Virus record (IMG/VR): IMGVR_UViG_2595698357_000001
Span: 1-64,000 of that record
Source: a virus
Taxonomy: Duplodnaviria; Caudoviricetes
Length of the DNA: 64,000 nt
Strand: one strand, 5' to 3'
Numbering within the stretch: position 1 is the first letter of the stretch; every line of letters starts with the position of its first letter. Below the pieces are notes generated by a model, which was not told the origin of the DNA, did not search any database, and saw nothing but the letters and a program-made list of their open reading frames with translations. The translations under genes and the position numbers were made by a program. Shown here piece after piece: positions 9,920 through 19,091 of the stretch.

Positions 9920-10219
9920 TTATTCCTTTGGTTGGGTGATGATTAAAAGACAGGCATATTGGCCTTGGCCAACTACCCCAGTGACGGTTCCAGGTTGTTC
10001 CCCGTCAACAATTACTTTCGTGCCGACCGTCATGTTGCCATGGAAGGTCAGCTCAGCTGGAAGCTCTTGGTAAAGATCGCTGTCGCCAGTCAGAGCTCGG
10101 ATACGGCTGATGATATCAGAGCAATAGTTCAGCCGGTTACAGCTGACCAGGCGGCGCTCCAACAGATCTACCAGCTCACGCAGGCGATGGCTGTTGGCGA
10201 TGCGATCATTACTTTCCAT
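9920..10219 (-). CDS. Hypothetical protein
   Basis: MESNDRIAN start with RBS GGAG, overlapping the upstream gene end. Confidence 0.65.
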   Translation of the reverse strand: MESNDRIANSHRLRELVDLLERRLVSCNRLNYCSDIISRIRALTGDSDLYQELPAELTFHGNMTVGTKVIVDGEQPGTVTGVVGQGQYACLLIITQPKE

Positions 10220-10544
10220 CGTCCATCTCCACGTTGTCAAAGCCTGCTTGGGTGCAGCCGTCTTCAGTGCATTCACCATGGAGGACGACCATGTGGTCTT
10301 TCAGGAAGGTGGAGCACGCATACGTCTCAGTCGGATCGGTGTCATCCGCCTGCTCCAGGGCACAGATCGTGCGCATGCTACCGGCGTTGGTGCCACTGAG
10401 AGCAGCATGGCCTTTGACCATAGACTCCATCATGGCTACAGCTTCTGGGTTGGTGAATGATTCGGTGCTGAGGGCAGAGTCAACAGCAGCGCAGGATGTG
10501 GTGGCCAGGCACAGGCCGAAGATTAAAGCGAGTTTCGTTTTCAT
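10209..10544 (-). CDS. Putative lipoprotein or secreted protein
   Basis: Signal peptide MKTKLALIFGLCLATTSC with lipobox-like Cys; four further Cys. Confidence 0.65.
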   Translation of the reverse strand: MKTKLALIFGLCLATTSCAAVDSALSTESFTNPEAVAMMESMVKGHAALSGTNAGSMRTICALEQADDTDPTETYACSTFLKDHMVVLHGECTEDGCTQAGFDNVEMDDGK

Positions 10545-10580
10545 GTGGATAACCTCAATGATTATTGGAGATAGGGGGCT

Positions 10581-10608
10581 AGTATACCGCCCCCGTCTTC
10601 ATATTGAA
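10581..10608 (-). promoter_or_regulatory. TTCAAT-type promoter
   Basis: TTCAAT-N16-TATACT. Confidence 0.55.
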
Positions 10609-10612
10609 AGAA

Positions 10613-13606
10613 TTATCGTTTACCCATCATAGACAACAGGTTAACACGCTTCTTCCAGTTCCAGCCAACGACAGTGAGCAGGGTCTGTATTGGGTCGATG
10701 AAGCTCGACGTGAACAGGCTCTGGTAGTCAACCCACTTCTCCATATCCAGCTCTGGTGCCAGGTAGTCAGGGAATGCCAGGTAACGCTGGCCGATTGGGT
10801 TGTTGTCCTTCAGCAAGACGATGAACACTTTGTCACCAGACTCTATCGGCATCAGGTTGAGGTCAGGCTTACTGTCGATCATGCGGTTGTAGCTGACACA
10901 TGCCTTAGCCGCATAGTGAGCACCGCTGACGAACGCGCCGGAGGAATCCACTGCCTTCTCAATATCAGACACCCCGGACGCACGGGCGATGTCGGCCACA
11001 CCCAACTCCATGTACTCCTTCTTGAACTCGGAGATCATGTCCTGGACTTGCGCTTCCGTACCCAACAGCATCGCCTCATAGCATTTGACAAGACGCTCAC
11101 GGCACCACTCAGGGGTTGTGGACTTACGCGCCTCAAGACCTTTGAATTTGATCTTCGGCTTCTCGTACTTCACGCCCTCGGAGTCGTATACCGCCATGCA
11201 ATACATCTTCTTGGCGCGCCATACCGCATCTGAGGCAATGACCTCACGCTCCCAGACCATGCGCTGCTCGTAGCCATTCATGGTATCGCACAAATCCTGA
11301 CACCATTGTTTGACCAGAGGGGCATAGACGGTCTTGGTCCATTCGTCGATATTCTCAACGATGCGATGTGGGTCTTTCTCTTCTGGCCAATCACGGTTGA
11401 CCAGGCGCTCCAAGGTGATGTAGTTGGAGTCAGTGTCACCGGCGATAACATAGTCCAGCCCGGCGGTTCCCAGCTCCTTGTTGAGGAATGCATCGGTGTG
11501 CTTCTTGTTCCACTTGTTGATCAGCTGACCAGCAGTGGTGATCGCCTCGGAGATACGCAGGTCGAAGTACTCTTTGAACCACACGTTGCCCGTTGCACCA
11601 TAACCGGCGTTCATCAAGATCTTCAGACCTTGCTGTAAAACATCCTGGATGACGGCCTTGCGTTCCCACTCTTCGGCAGCAGCTTCCAGCAGAGGCTTGG
11701 CCAATTCCATGGTTGTGGTATACCACTCCTCATCCCAGAAGCGGGACTTCTTCGCGCTCTCCAGGGAGAATTTTCCTTCCGCCAGCTCCTCACACCAGCC
11801 AGCATATTGCTCATAGCGCAGGCCGGTTGCCTTCTCAACTTTACGCTCGCTGTACACCCAACGCATGATCTCAGACAGGAACGACATCTTGCTGTTGTCA
11901 AAGAACTGTACGTTCGGAGTAAACGACACGTTGTACTCTTTGAGGCACTTGAATTCAAACTTGCCGACAGCGATCAGGTCGTCAACAACCTGGGTACGCT
12001 CGTCAACAGCCTGCATCAGGTGGTCAGCCAACTTGATATAGGCCGCGCGCTTGTTCATCGGCAACGTCATTTCGCGAGAAGCCGCTCTCAGCTCAGCGAC
12101 CATGGCTTCAATGATCTCACGACGTTTGTGCTTGTCGTTGATGATCGTTTCTGGGCCGAGGTTGTACTGCTGGATGATGTGTGGGTAAAGGCTGTTCAAG
12201 TCCTTACTGATCAACCAGCGATACCGGCCGGGCACCACATCCATCACATACGCACCTTCGAAGTCGGTTGGTCCATCCCAGACCTTCTTGATCATCGGCA
12301 CGATGCCCTTCTCATACAGCTTGTAATAGCACAGTGCCAACCAAGGAGCCACAGTCCCCAGGCCGTCACGATAGTTGGATTTGGACTTGTAGGCCAGTAC
12401 GAACATCAGCTGGATGAGACGCAGCTTCTGCTCCAGGCGGTACACCAGCTTGACGTCCTTGATACCATACCGGCAATACTTGGCATAGTCATCAAAGTAC
12501 AAGGTGTTGAGGCTCTTTGATTCGCTGTAGTCCAGCTTCTTCTCACCGAGCTCACAGTACGCGATCCAATCAAGGGAGTAACGCTCACGAGTGGTGTATG
12601 TGTGCTTCTTGTACACCTGCTGCATGTCCATCATCTCAAGGCCGACGAAGTCATAGCTCGTTACTGGGCCACGCTTGTCTTTGATGATACGCTGCTTGAC
12701 GATGCCCCACGGGCTGAGCATATCGACATAGGACTCACCCAGCACACGCATGATGCGCTCTACCAGGTAGGGGGAGTCAAACTGCTCGATGTTCCAGCCT
12801 GTCCAGCCGTCGTATTGACGCTCCGACCAGTGCGCCAGGAATGCCTTCAACAAGTCCTGCTCAGTCTGGAACTCATGATAGATGACTTCAAGGTTCTCAA
12901 TCTGCTCATCCGTCTTGTTGTAGACGAACTTGTTGCGGTCTTTAACGCAGGGCATACCAAAGATGTGATACACGTTGCGCTGCATATCCTGGCACTGGAT
13001 CAGTGAGATAGGGAAGGCAGCGTTCATGTTAACCGCCAGCTCACCACTGCCTGCGTTCCATAAAGCCTGTTCAGCCGTGATATCGCTGTTGATGTAAGAG
13101 CCAGGGAAGTGCTCGCGAATGAAGTCGTGGGATGCCAGCACCTGGCGATGATAACGCTCGGCCTGGGCGCGAGAGCCTTTGAAGGTCTGCTTTTCAATGG
13201 TCGGATGAGGGAATGGTCCTTTGGTCAGTTCCCCGTTCCAGCCTGCCGAGAACACCTCGATATCGACGTTGGCGACATGGATATTGTTGTAATCTGGGGT
13301 TATCGTTCCAGGGAAGTTGTGGGCGATGAATTGGTATTCCCAGGCCGACTGTCCGTACACTGCAGCCCCAACCACATCTTTGTATTCTTCAATGTAATTT
13401 TCTGCGTCACGGATGGAATCGAACTTGCGTTCTGCCAGGGCTTCACCCAGCAGGCCAATTTTATCAACATTGGCATAATCGTGGGTTGGTAAATATAGAG
13501 TCGGCTTGAGTTTTTGACGGATGTTGCGACGGTTCCCGTCGTGGTCAGCAATTCGAATCAACAAATCGTTGCCGCGCCGCGCGACGTTGGTATAGAAGAC
13601 GGACAT
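10613..13606 (-). CDS. 43: DNA polymerase, family B (T4 gp43-like)
   Basis: 997 aa; ExoI VDIEV, GWNIEQFD, YSLD; polymerase motifs DLNSLYPHII, KILMNAGYG, GDTDS, KKMY. Confidence 0.97.
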   Translation of the reverse strand: MSVFYTNVARRGNDLLIRIADHDGNRRNIRQKLKPTLYLPTHDYANVDKIGLLGEALAERKFDSIRDAENYIEEYKDVVGAAVYGQSAWEYQFIAHNFPGTITPDYNNIHVANVDIEVFSAGWNGELTKGPFPHPTIEKQTFKGSRAQAERYHRQVLASHDFIREHFPGSYINSDITAEQALWNAGSGELAVNMNAAFPISLIQCQDMQRNVYHIFGMPCVKDRNKFVYNKTDEQIENLEVIYHEFQTEQDLLKAFLAHWSERQYDGWTGWNIEQFDSPYLVERIMRVLGESYVDMLSPWGIVKQRIIKDKRGPVTSYDFVGLEMMDMQQVYKKHTYTTRERYSLDWIAYCELGEKKLDYSESKSLNTLYFDDYAKYCRYGIKDVKLVYRLEQKLRLIQLMFVLAYKSKSNYRDGLGTVAPWLALCYYKLYEKGIVPMIKKVWDGPTDFEGAYVMDVVPGRYRWLISKDLNSLYPHIIQQYNLGPETIINDKHKRREIIEAMVAELRAASREMTLPMNKRAAYIKLADHLMQAVDERTQVVDDLIAVGKFEFKCLKEYNVSFTPNVQFFDNSKMSFLSEIMRWVYSERKVEKATGLRYEQYAGWCEELAEGKFSLESAKKSRFWDEEWYTTTMELAKPLLEAAAEEWERKAVIQDVLQQGLKILMNAGYGATGNVWFKEYFDLRISEAITTAGQLINKWNKKHTDAFLNKELGTAGLDYVIAGDTDSNYITLERLVNRDWPEEKDPHRIVENIDEWTKTVYAPLVKQWCQDLCDTMNGYEQRMVWEREVIASDAVWRAKKMYCMAVYDSEGVKYEKPKIKFKGLEARKSTTPEWCRERLVKCYEAMLLGTEAQVQDMISEFKKEYMELGVADIARASGVSDIEKAVDSSGAFVSGAHYAAKACVSYNRMIDSKPDLNLMPIESGDKVFIVLLKDNNPIGQRYLAFPDYLAPELDMEKWVDYQSLFTSSFIDPIQTLLTVVGWNWKKRVNLLSMMGKR

Positions 13607-13689
13607 GTTTGGCTCCTGATTTTAACCGTGCCGTTAGCACGTGGCGATATTTAACCCTAAACGGGATCAATGACAAAGGAGTTACGGCC

Positions 13690-14277
13690 ATGGCCATACC
13701 TTTCTTAAACCTGATTCCCGGCGCTATCAAAGGAGTATGGAACTTGGGGTCTGACCTGTTGCAGTACCGCAGAGAGATATCCAAGGCCAAGCACGATATC
13801 AAGCTGGAGGCTATCAAGTCATCCAGTGACTGGGAGATCGCCAAGATCACCGAAGTTGGTGGTTCCTGGAAGGATGAGTTCTGGACTATCGTGCTGGCCG
13901 TTCCTGCTATCCTTATCATGATAGCGCCGGTCGTTGAGTTGATAATGTACCCAGGAGAATATCACAAGGGTGACTTCATCGCTGCAGTTCTCGGTGGTAT
14001 GGTTGCTCTGGACAAAGCCCCTGACTGGTACATAACTGCTCTGTTGACCGCGATCACCGCATCGTTCGGTATCAAAGGATACAACCATTATAAGGCCAAC
14101 GGTCGAAGGGATGCAGCGGCCGATGCCCTTACTGAGTTCGGTGTCAAGGTTGTCAAAAAGGCTACCAGCACCGATAGCAAGTCTCAGCCTGGGTCGCCTG
14201 GGGCGGCTGAAACCGGTAGTGGGAGTGCTGCTTCAAGTTCTGGCGCTGAGGCGTGGCCGGATCTGAGCAAGAAATAA
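13690..14277 (+). CDS. 3TM holin-like membrane protein
   Basis: RBS AAAGGAG; GSWKDEFWTIVLAVP...ALDKAPDWY...ASFG pattern of phage 3TM holin-like proteins. Confidence 0.6.
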   Translation: MAIPFLNLIPGAIKGVWNLGSDLLQYRREISKAKHDIKLEAIKSSSDWEIAKITEVGGSWKDEFWTIVLAVPAILIMIAPVVELIMYPGEYHKGDFIAAVLGGMVALDKAPDWYITALLTAITASFGIKGYNHYKANGRRDAAADALTEFGVKVVKKATSTDSKSQPGSPGAAETGSGSAASSSGAEAWPDLSKK

Positions 14278-14302
14278 TCCAGCGGGCACGGACGCCCTCT
14301 GT

Positions 14303-14328
14303 TTCAATAAACCGTTGGCGGTTATTAT
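14303..14328 (+). promoter_or_regulatory. TTCAAT-N14 promoter
   Basis: TTCAAT-N14-TATTAT. Confidence 0.65.
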
Positions 14329-14356
14329 AGACGCCTTTCATTCTACAGCATTGGTC

Positions 14357-14575
14357 ATGAACGTGTTAGGCAAGAGAATCGTAGTCCATTCCAATAAGAC
14401 GTCTACCCTGCGTGGGCGCATCACCAAATACCGTGAAATTGACAACAGGCACAGCAGAGTCACCCTCATAGACAATGAGTGGGGAATGTCATGGGACATC
14501 AGGGTTCCCAACAGCGCGGTGTCACAGATCGGCAAGGAAATTCAATATAAAGGGGAAAAATTTAAAATTTATTGA
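14357..14575 (+). CDS. Hypothetical protein
   Basis: ATG MNVLGKR downstream of the promoter. Confidence 0.6.
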   Translation: MNVLGKRIVVHSNKTSTLRGRITKYREIDNRHSRVTLIDNEWGMSWDIRVPNSAVSQIGKEIQYKGEKFKIY

Positions 14576-14612
14576 ATAATTGGTTTACTTCTTCAATAAG
14601 TGGGAGTATTAT
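14555..14612 (+). promoter_or_regulatory. Sigma70-type early promoter with AT-rich UP element
   Basis: (G)TTTACT-N17-TATTAT preceded by AAAAATTTAAAATTTATTGAATAAT; GTTTAC is the T4 early -35 consensus. Confidence 0.75.
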
Positions 14613-14653
14613 TGAAAACATAAAGCAGCCCACTTGAAACGAAGGAACTACAA

Positions 14654-14950
14654 ATGACCACACAAGTTATTACCTTGAAAGCGTTTATCCGGTACGGCAC
14701 AAAACGTTTTATGGCTGTAGTTGAGGACAAAGATCCTAACTCCACACAGGTATATGACGCCGTGGAAGGTTCCCGCGAAGCTGTAATTGAGTGGGCTGAA
14801 ATGCACTGGGGGCACCTGGAAGTGACGCCTGCCCAGAACGAAGCTGAGATTGACGCTGAAATTGAACGCCATTTTAGCCCGGCTGCGATTGCAACTGCAG
14901 TGCGCAATGACCGCAACCGCACCAACGCAAACCGCCCTTTCCGCCGTTAA
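14654..14950 (+). CDS. Hypothetical early protein
   Basis: RBS AAGGAA; first gene after the early promoter. Confidence 0.8.
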   Translation: MTTQVITLKAFIRYGTKRFMAVVEDKDPNSTQVYDAVEGSREAVIEWAEMHWGHLEVTPAQNEAEIDAEIERHFSPAAIATAVRNDRNRTNANRPFRR

Positions 14951-14971
14951 TTGAACTGAAGGAACTTTACC

Positions 14972-15319
14972 GTGAAAGCACCTAAACTGAAGTGGAGTGT
15001 TTGCCCCGCCCCAACCGGGCGTTTCCGCTCCTTTGAAAAGCGTGGTTTCCCGTTTGCTGATTATGAAAACGGGCGTCCAGCAGCTAAGATCGAATGTGAC
15101 AAGTCCTATATTCCAGACCACCGCACTGCCACTGACCTGAGCCTCACTGTGTACGTCGCTGAGTGGTATGTTCGTGAAGATGACGACGTCCTGACGTTCA
15201 AATGGCGCCGGGTCAAGAAAACCGCGTCTTCTATCGCCGAGGCTAAAGAAATTGCCGCCATTGTCCTGGAGCGAAACCCAAGCCTGGTCCACCCTGACGT
15301 TCGCAAATACGGAATTTGA
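14972..15319 (+). CDS. Hypothetical early protein
   Basis: GTG start, RBS AAGGAA. Confidence 0.8.
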   Translation: MKAPKLKWSVCPAPTGRFRSFEKRGFPFADYENGRPAAKIECDKSYIPDHRTATDLSLTVYVAEWYVREDDDVLTFKWRRVKKTASSIAEAKEIAAIVLERNPSLVHPDVRKYGI

Positions 15320-15804
15320 AAATGACCAAACAATATACTGAAAGCCGTTTCATGATGACCATCAAAGACGGTGTCCTGCGTAACAAGCCGGTGAACGGTG
15401 AGTTTGAAGTTGTGAACGCCCACCGCATTTATAGCGCATCTGAACACAAGAGTGGCTATGCCCGTGCCGACCGTGACGGTTATGTGCGTGTCAAGATGGA
15501 CGGCAAGCCCACGTATGTGCACTGTAATGCCGCTGACGTGTCCGTGAAGCAAGTCCACGTGCCTGTAGACGTAAGTGCCCCAGTTATCCTGGAAAACGGC
15601 GAGGAGTTGGAACCAGCGGGAAAGGGCACTCATTGGGGCGTCATCATCCAGGCAGACGGCAAGGAAACCCGTTGCAACTTCGTCAAGGACGGGGACTTCT
15701 TCAAAGAAGTGGTGTCAGGATTGTTCTACCACAAGGACGGTGATCCTCTGGTGTCTACCAAGGCCGGGCGGAAGGTCAAGAACGGGCAGTTCACATCGAA
15801 ATAA
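15316..15804 (+). CDS. Hypothetical early protein
   Basis: Coupled ORF (likely ATG at 15322); ends at a convergent hairpin. Confidence 0.75.
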   Translation: MKMTKQYTESRFMMTIKDGVLRNKPVNGEFEVVNAHRIYSASEHKSGYARADRDGYVRVKMDGKPTYVHCNAADVSVKQVHVPVDVSAPVILENGEELEPAGKGTHWGVIIQADGKETRCNFVKDGDFFKEVVSGLFYHKDGDPLVSTKAGRKVKNGQFTSK

Positions 15805-15830
15805 AACAGGGGGCTTTTGCCCCCTTAATC

Positions 15831-16286
15831 TTATTCGCCATCCCAGAAATCGTCATCGCCGTCCACATCACCCAAATCCATGTCGCCAAACTTCGGATCA
15901 GGCAGAACGCCATTGACCTGCAGGTAGTCCATCTCATCGTCATCAATCTGAAGGTCACCAACCACAACGCGGTCTTCACCCTCACCTTCAATGGCGAATG
16001 CGCTGTACGGCTTGCCGCCGATAGTGATGAGCATGATGCTTGGGTCATCTTCAGACACGTGCGCCTGATAGTCTTCAGGCTGTGCTGAGTCCAGGAATGC
16101 GGCCAGGTCAGCAGCGGCCTTTTCCAGGGTGACGCCGTCATCAACACCTGCATAGATTTCTTCAGCGCCGGTATCAGCGCGCTCATAGATCTCAATGGTG
16201 GTGCCGTTGAACGAGCCTACCCACACCAGGCTGTCTTCGCCGTCGGTGTCTTCGTCTTCTTTCAGGAACAATTTGGATTCTAACAT
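15831..16286 (-). CDS. Highly acidic late protein (candidate internal head protein)
   Basis: MLESKLFLKEDEDTDGED..., very D/E-rich; CTAAATA promoter upstream. Confidence 0.75.
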   Translation of the reverse strand: MLESKLFLKEDEDTDGEDSLVWVGSFNGTTIEIYERADTGAEEIYAGVDDGVTLEKAAADLAAFLDSAQPEDYQAHVSEDDPSIMLITIGGKPYSAFAIEGEGEDRVVVGDLQIDDDEMDYLQVNGVLPDPKFGDMDLGDVDGDDDFWDGE

Positions 16287-16321
16287 GATAATACCCCAAT
16301 GATGGTTGAGTCTCATTGGGG

Positions 16322-16328
16322 TATTTAG
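16322..16328 (-). promoter_or_regulatory. Late promoter CTAAATA
   Basis: CTAAATACCC on the minus strand. Confidence 0.7.
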
Positions 16329-16340
16329 CGAGGCTGGGTA

Positions 16341-17216
16341 TTAGTTGCGAGCTAACCAGAATTTGAAGCGAGACCACAAACCCATCTCCAGGAACTTCAC
16401 CTTGGTGGCGAACTCTTCCTTGCTGACACCGTGGTTTCGGTTCAGCACCTGGTAACAGTTCCAGGCCGCAAAGATGCCGCCTTCGTTAGCTTTGTTGATG
16501 GCCTCATAGATCATCAGGTCACGCTTGTCGGCTTCGAACACAGGATCATTCTCAGGAGCCAGCTGGCCGATAGCTTCAGGGTCAAATTTGACTTCAACCC
16601 GTTCAGGTTCCGGACAGTTGTATTCCTTGTTGATGAACTTCAGGCGCTCTGCCAGTTCATCCCGGTTCCCCATTGTACCGAAATACAGGGTGCTCTCGGG
16701 AACCTTGACCGTGACCTTCAGGGTGCCGTCAGTGTAGTCCTGGCCGTTCTTCTCCCACCATTCAGCGAAGATGGCGGACTCTTTCTCCGCATTTTCACTA
16801 TGGTGTGACGCCACGGTACTGGCTGTGTCAGTACTGGAGCGGGATTCAGGTGCCAGGTAGTTGTAACCCAGACCGAACAGAATCTCACGATAGTTGTCAA
16901 CAGAGCCACAAATGGCTGCGAACAATGTGTTGTCGTGATAGTTCAGGATCAGGATATCGCCTTTCTCTATGCCTATGCCGTGATCATTCAGGCTGTGTGC
17001 CTGCTGGACCAGGCCAAAGCGGCGGTGAGCCGGTGCATCCAACATTGCCTTGGTCATCTCGCCGCCAAGGGTAGTGCGGATCTTCAGCTCACCGTCGCGG
17101 ACGATGTAGTAGGGTGCCAGGAACTGGTTGATGGTGTTCACGTTCCCGGTGCAACGATACACGCGCAGCTTTTCGTGGCGTTGCGCTGCTCGTACCCAAT
17201 GCTCAACATTTCTCAT
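16341..17216 (-). CDS. Hypothetical protein
   Basis: 291 aa, RBS GAGG, own promoter. Confidence 0.8.
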   Translation of the reverse strand: MRNVEHWVRAAQRHEKLRVYRCTGNVNTINQFLAPYYIVRDGELKIRTTLGGEMTKAMLDAPAHRRFGLVQQAHSLNDHGIGIEKGDILILNYHDNTLFAAICGSVDNYREILFGLGYNYLAPESRSSTDTASTVASHHSENAEKESAIFAEWWEKNGQDYTDGTLKVTVKVPESTLYFGTMGNRDELAERLKFINKEYNCPEPERVEVKFDPEAIGQLAPENDPVFEADKRDLMIYEAINKANEGGIFAAWNCYQVLNRNHGVSKEEFATKVKFLEMGLWSRFKFWLARN

Positions 17217-17255
17217 GGTAAAGCCTCTTCAATTCAAGTGGATTATTCCAGGGTT

Positions 17256-17281
17256 ATTATCGCGCGAAAGTTAGTATTGAC
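17256..17281 (-). promoter_or_regulatory. TCAAT-N14 promoter
   Basis: GTCAAT-N14-GATAAT. Confidence 0.6.
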
Positions 17282-17541
17282 TAACTATCACCGAATTTCT
17301 CCAGCGTACTGCCCTCGACAAAGATCTTCTTATTACCATCGGCGAAGGCCAACATAATGCCATTGAGGTTCTCAGCGGCATTCTCCGGACTCCTCGCGAC
17401 CACATATGCGCTGTAACCCCCGAAGATAATGCAATACAGCTTGAGATTGGTCTTCTTTGGGTTCACAAACAAGCGAGGAAACGCCAGGGCACACCAGCCC
17501 CCGGCGATAAAGAAACAGATACACGATGCGATGAGCAGCAT
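17281..17541 (-). CDS. Small membrane protein
   Basis: MLLIASCICFFIAGGWCALAF..., two hydrophobic segments. Confidence 0.65.
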   Translation of the reverse strand: MLLIASCICFFIAGGWCALAFPRLFVNPKKTNLKLYCIIFGGYSAYVVARSPENAAENLNGIMLAFADGNKKIFVEGSTLEKFGDS

Positions 17542-17548
17542 GACAGAC

Positions 17549-18859
17549 TCACTTCCCGCGTTTGGCCGCAGGGATAAAATCGTTGACTTCGATGTTATCT
17601 GGAATCGACAGTTCAGGACAGTTGGCGCGCATCGGGTCGATGTACGGCTTGCTGCCCACAATCCAGAACAGAGAATTCTCATTCAGGAGCTCTGGCTTGT
17701 TCTGTTGAACCCAGGTCATCACCTTCCCTTCATAGCGAGGGTGCAGTTCAATTTCCCCCCACTGGTAATCCATCAGGTCATTGTACCGCACCCAGTTGGT
17801 GGTGTGCAGGTCAACATGGTGAACCGTGAAGCGGGGTTGTCCCTTGTCTTCTTTGTTCTCGGACTCAACCCGCAAGGTTTTGTCGCTGAACAGGAGATGC
17901 ATCACGTTGGTGTTCTTGGACTTGGTCTTTCCACCTTCACCGAACCCAGGGTTGTCACGATAATCACGAATCCAGTTGCGGATGTGCGGTAGCCCCAGCT
18001 CACGCCCGATGATATCCAGACGGTCTTCAATGAACTTCAGGCGGTTTGGGCCAATCCCGATGAGCCAGACGTTCTTCAGGTTTGGTTTAGGGAACATCGC
18101 CAGGCCAGTCATGATGCTGCAGGTGCTGTTACAGCTACCGGCCGGGATGATCAGGTCAGTGATATGGTCAGGGATGTTCTGTACCTGATGACCACCCAGC
18201 GCATGGAAGTCCGCTAAGCGACGAGCGGAGTGCTTTTCATGATCCAGGGTAATACCATACTCCAGATAGTATGCATCCGGCTTCGTCTCACTGAGGAGCG
18301 ATAAACAGCGGGGCTGGATGACGGTGTTGTAACCTGAGCCGACGAAGTTGAACTCACTACCGAACCAGGCGCTCATCTCAACCATCTCCGCTTTCATGCA
18401 GGTGGTTGGCTTCGTTGCCCCCAGTACCGTAGTGGTCTTGCCGCCGAAGTGACGAGAAACAGCTGTTGCCATCGGGGATTGAGGTGAACCCATGACCGTA
18501 CCGTGAACGATATCAGGACTGCCGCCCGCCAGGATGTGCTGTTGCATCAGCCAGATTGCCTGACGCAGTTTGGAGCCGTTGATGCCCTGCTTGCCGTCCG
18601 GATAATCAGACAGAGGGGCGAAGTAGTCTTCACGCTTGAACCACACACGTTGCCCCGTCGCTGGGTTCGTGTGCAATTCGTTGGGGGTGAGGGCGAACAG
18701 GTAATCGTCCCACTTGATCTTGGTGCGGTCAAGGCTAAGTACAGGGAAGATGGTCTTTCGGTTCTCCCGCTTGGCGTTCGCCTCAGCCAAAATCTCTGGA
18801 TCGATACCTGCCAAGGCTTCATCGATTTTAGAATCTAAGGCTTTTTCAAATTCGTTCAT
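17549..18859 (-). CDS. PLP-dependent (fold type II) enzyme, putative decarboxylase of thymidine hypermodification (ViI gp226-like)
   Basis: WFKREDY...GINGSKLRQ (PLP lysine), SPQ, IPAGSCNS, LHPRYEGK, LFWIVG. Confidence 0.8.
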   Translation of the reverse strand: MNEFEKALDSKIDEALAGIDPEILAEANAKRENRKTIFPVLSLDRTKIKWDDYLFALTPNELHTNPATGQRVWFKREDYFAPLSDYPDGKQGINGSKLRQAIWLMQQHILAGGSPDIVHGTVMGSPQSPMATAVSRHFGGKTTTVLGATKPTTCMKAEMVEMSAWFGSEFNFVGSGYNTVIQPRCLSLLSETKPDAYYLEYGITLDHEKHSARRLADFHALGGHQVQNIPDHITDLIIPAGSCNSTCSIMTGLAMFPKPNLKNVWLIGIGPNRLKFIEDRLDIIGRELGLPHIRNWIRDYRDNPGFGEGGKTKSKNTNVMHLLFSDKTLRVESENKEDKGQPRFTVHHVDLHTTNWVRYNDLMDYQWGEIELHPRYEGKVMTWVQQNKPELLNENSLFWIVGSKPYIDPMRANCPELSIPDNIEVNDFIPAAKRGK

Positions 18860-18923
18860 TGCAGTCTCCTTGAGTGATTGAGGTCATTGTATACTTACAG
18901 GACTCAATACCCAAGGAGAATTC

Positions 18924-19091
18924 TCAATCTTTGTGCTTGCTGATCTCGATAGCCTGGAGCTGGGCTTCGGCATCTTTCTCAGTGTCGTGTGTACCCAACA
19001 CCTTGGTGCCTGATTTGTTGGTGACTTCCCATTTGTCACCCACCTTGCGGATATGCTCACGGATGTTGAGGTAGTTCTGGAATGTGTTCAT
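18924..19091 (-). CDS. Small late protein with capsid-targeting-like N-terminus
   Basis: MNTFQNYLNIRE...; RBS GGAGG; CTAAATA at 19112-19118. Confidence 0.75.
   Translation of the reverse strand: MNTFQNYLNIREHIRKVGDKWEVTNKSGTKVLGTHDTEKDAEAQLQAIEISKHKD

Noticed and set aside
10613-13606. Intein or intron in the DNA polymerase
   Set aside because: The extra length comes from in-frame insertions without C...HN intein ends, and the frame is uninterrupted.
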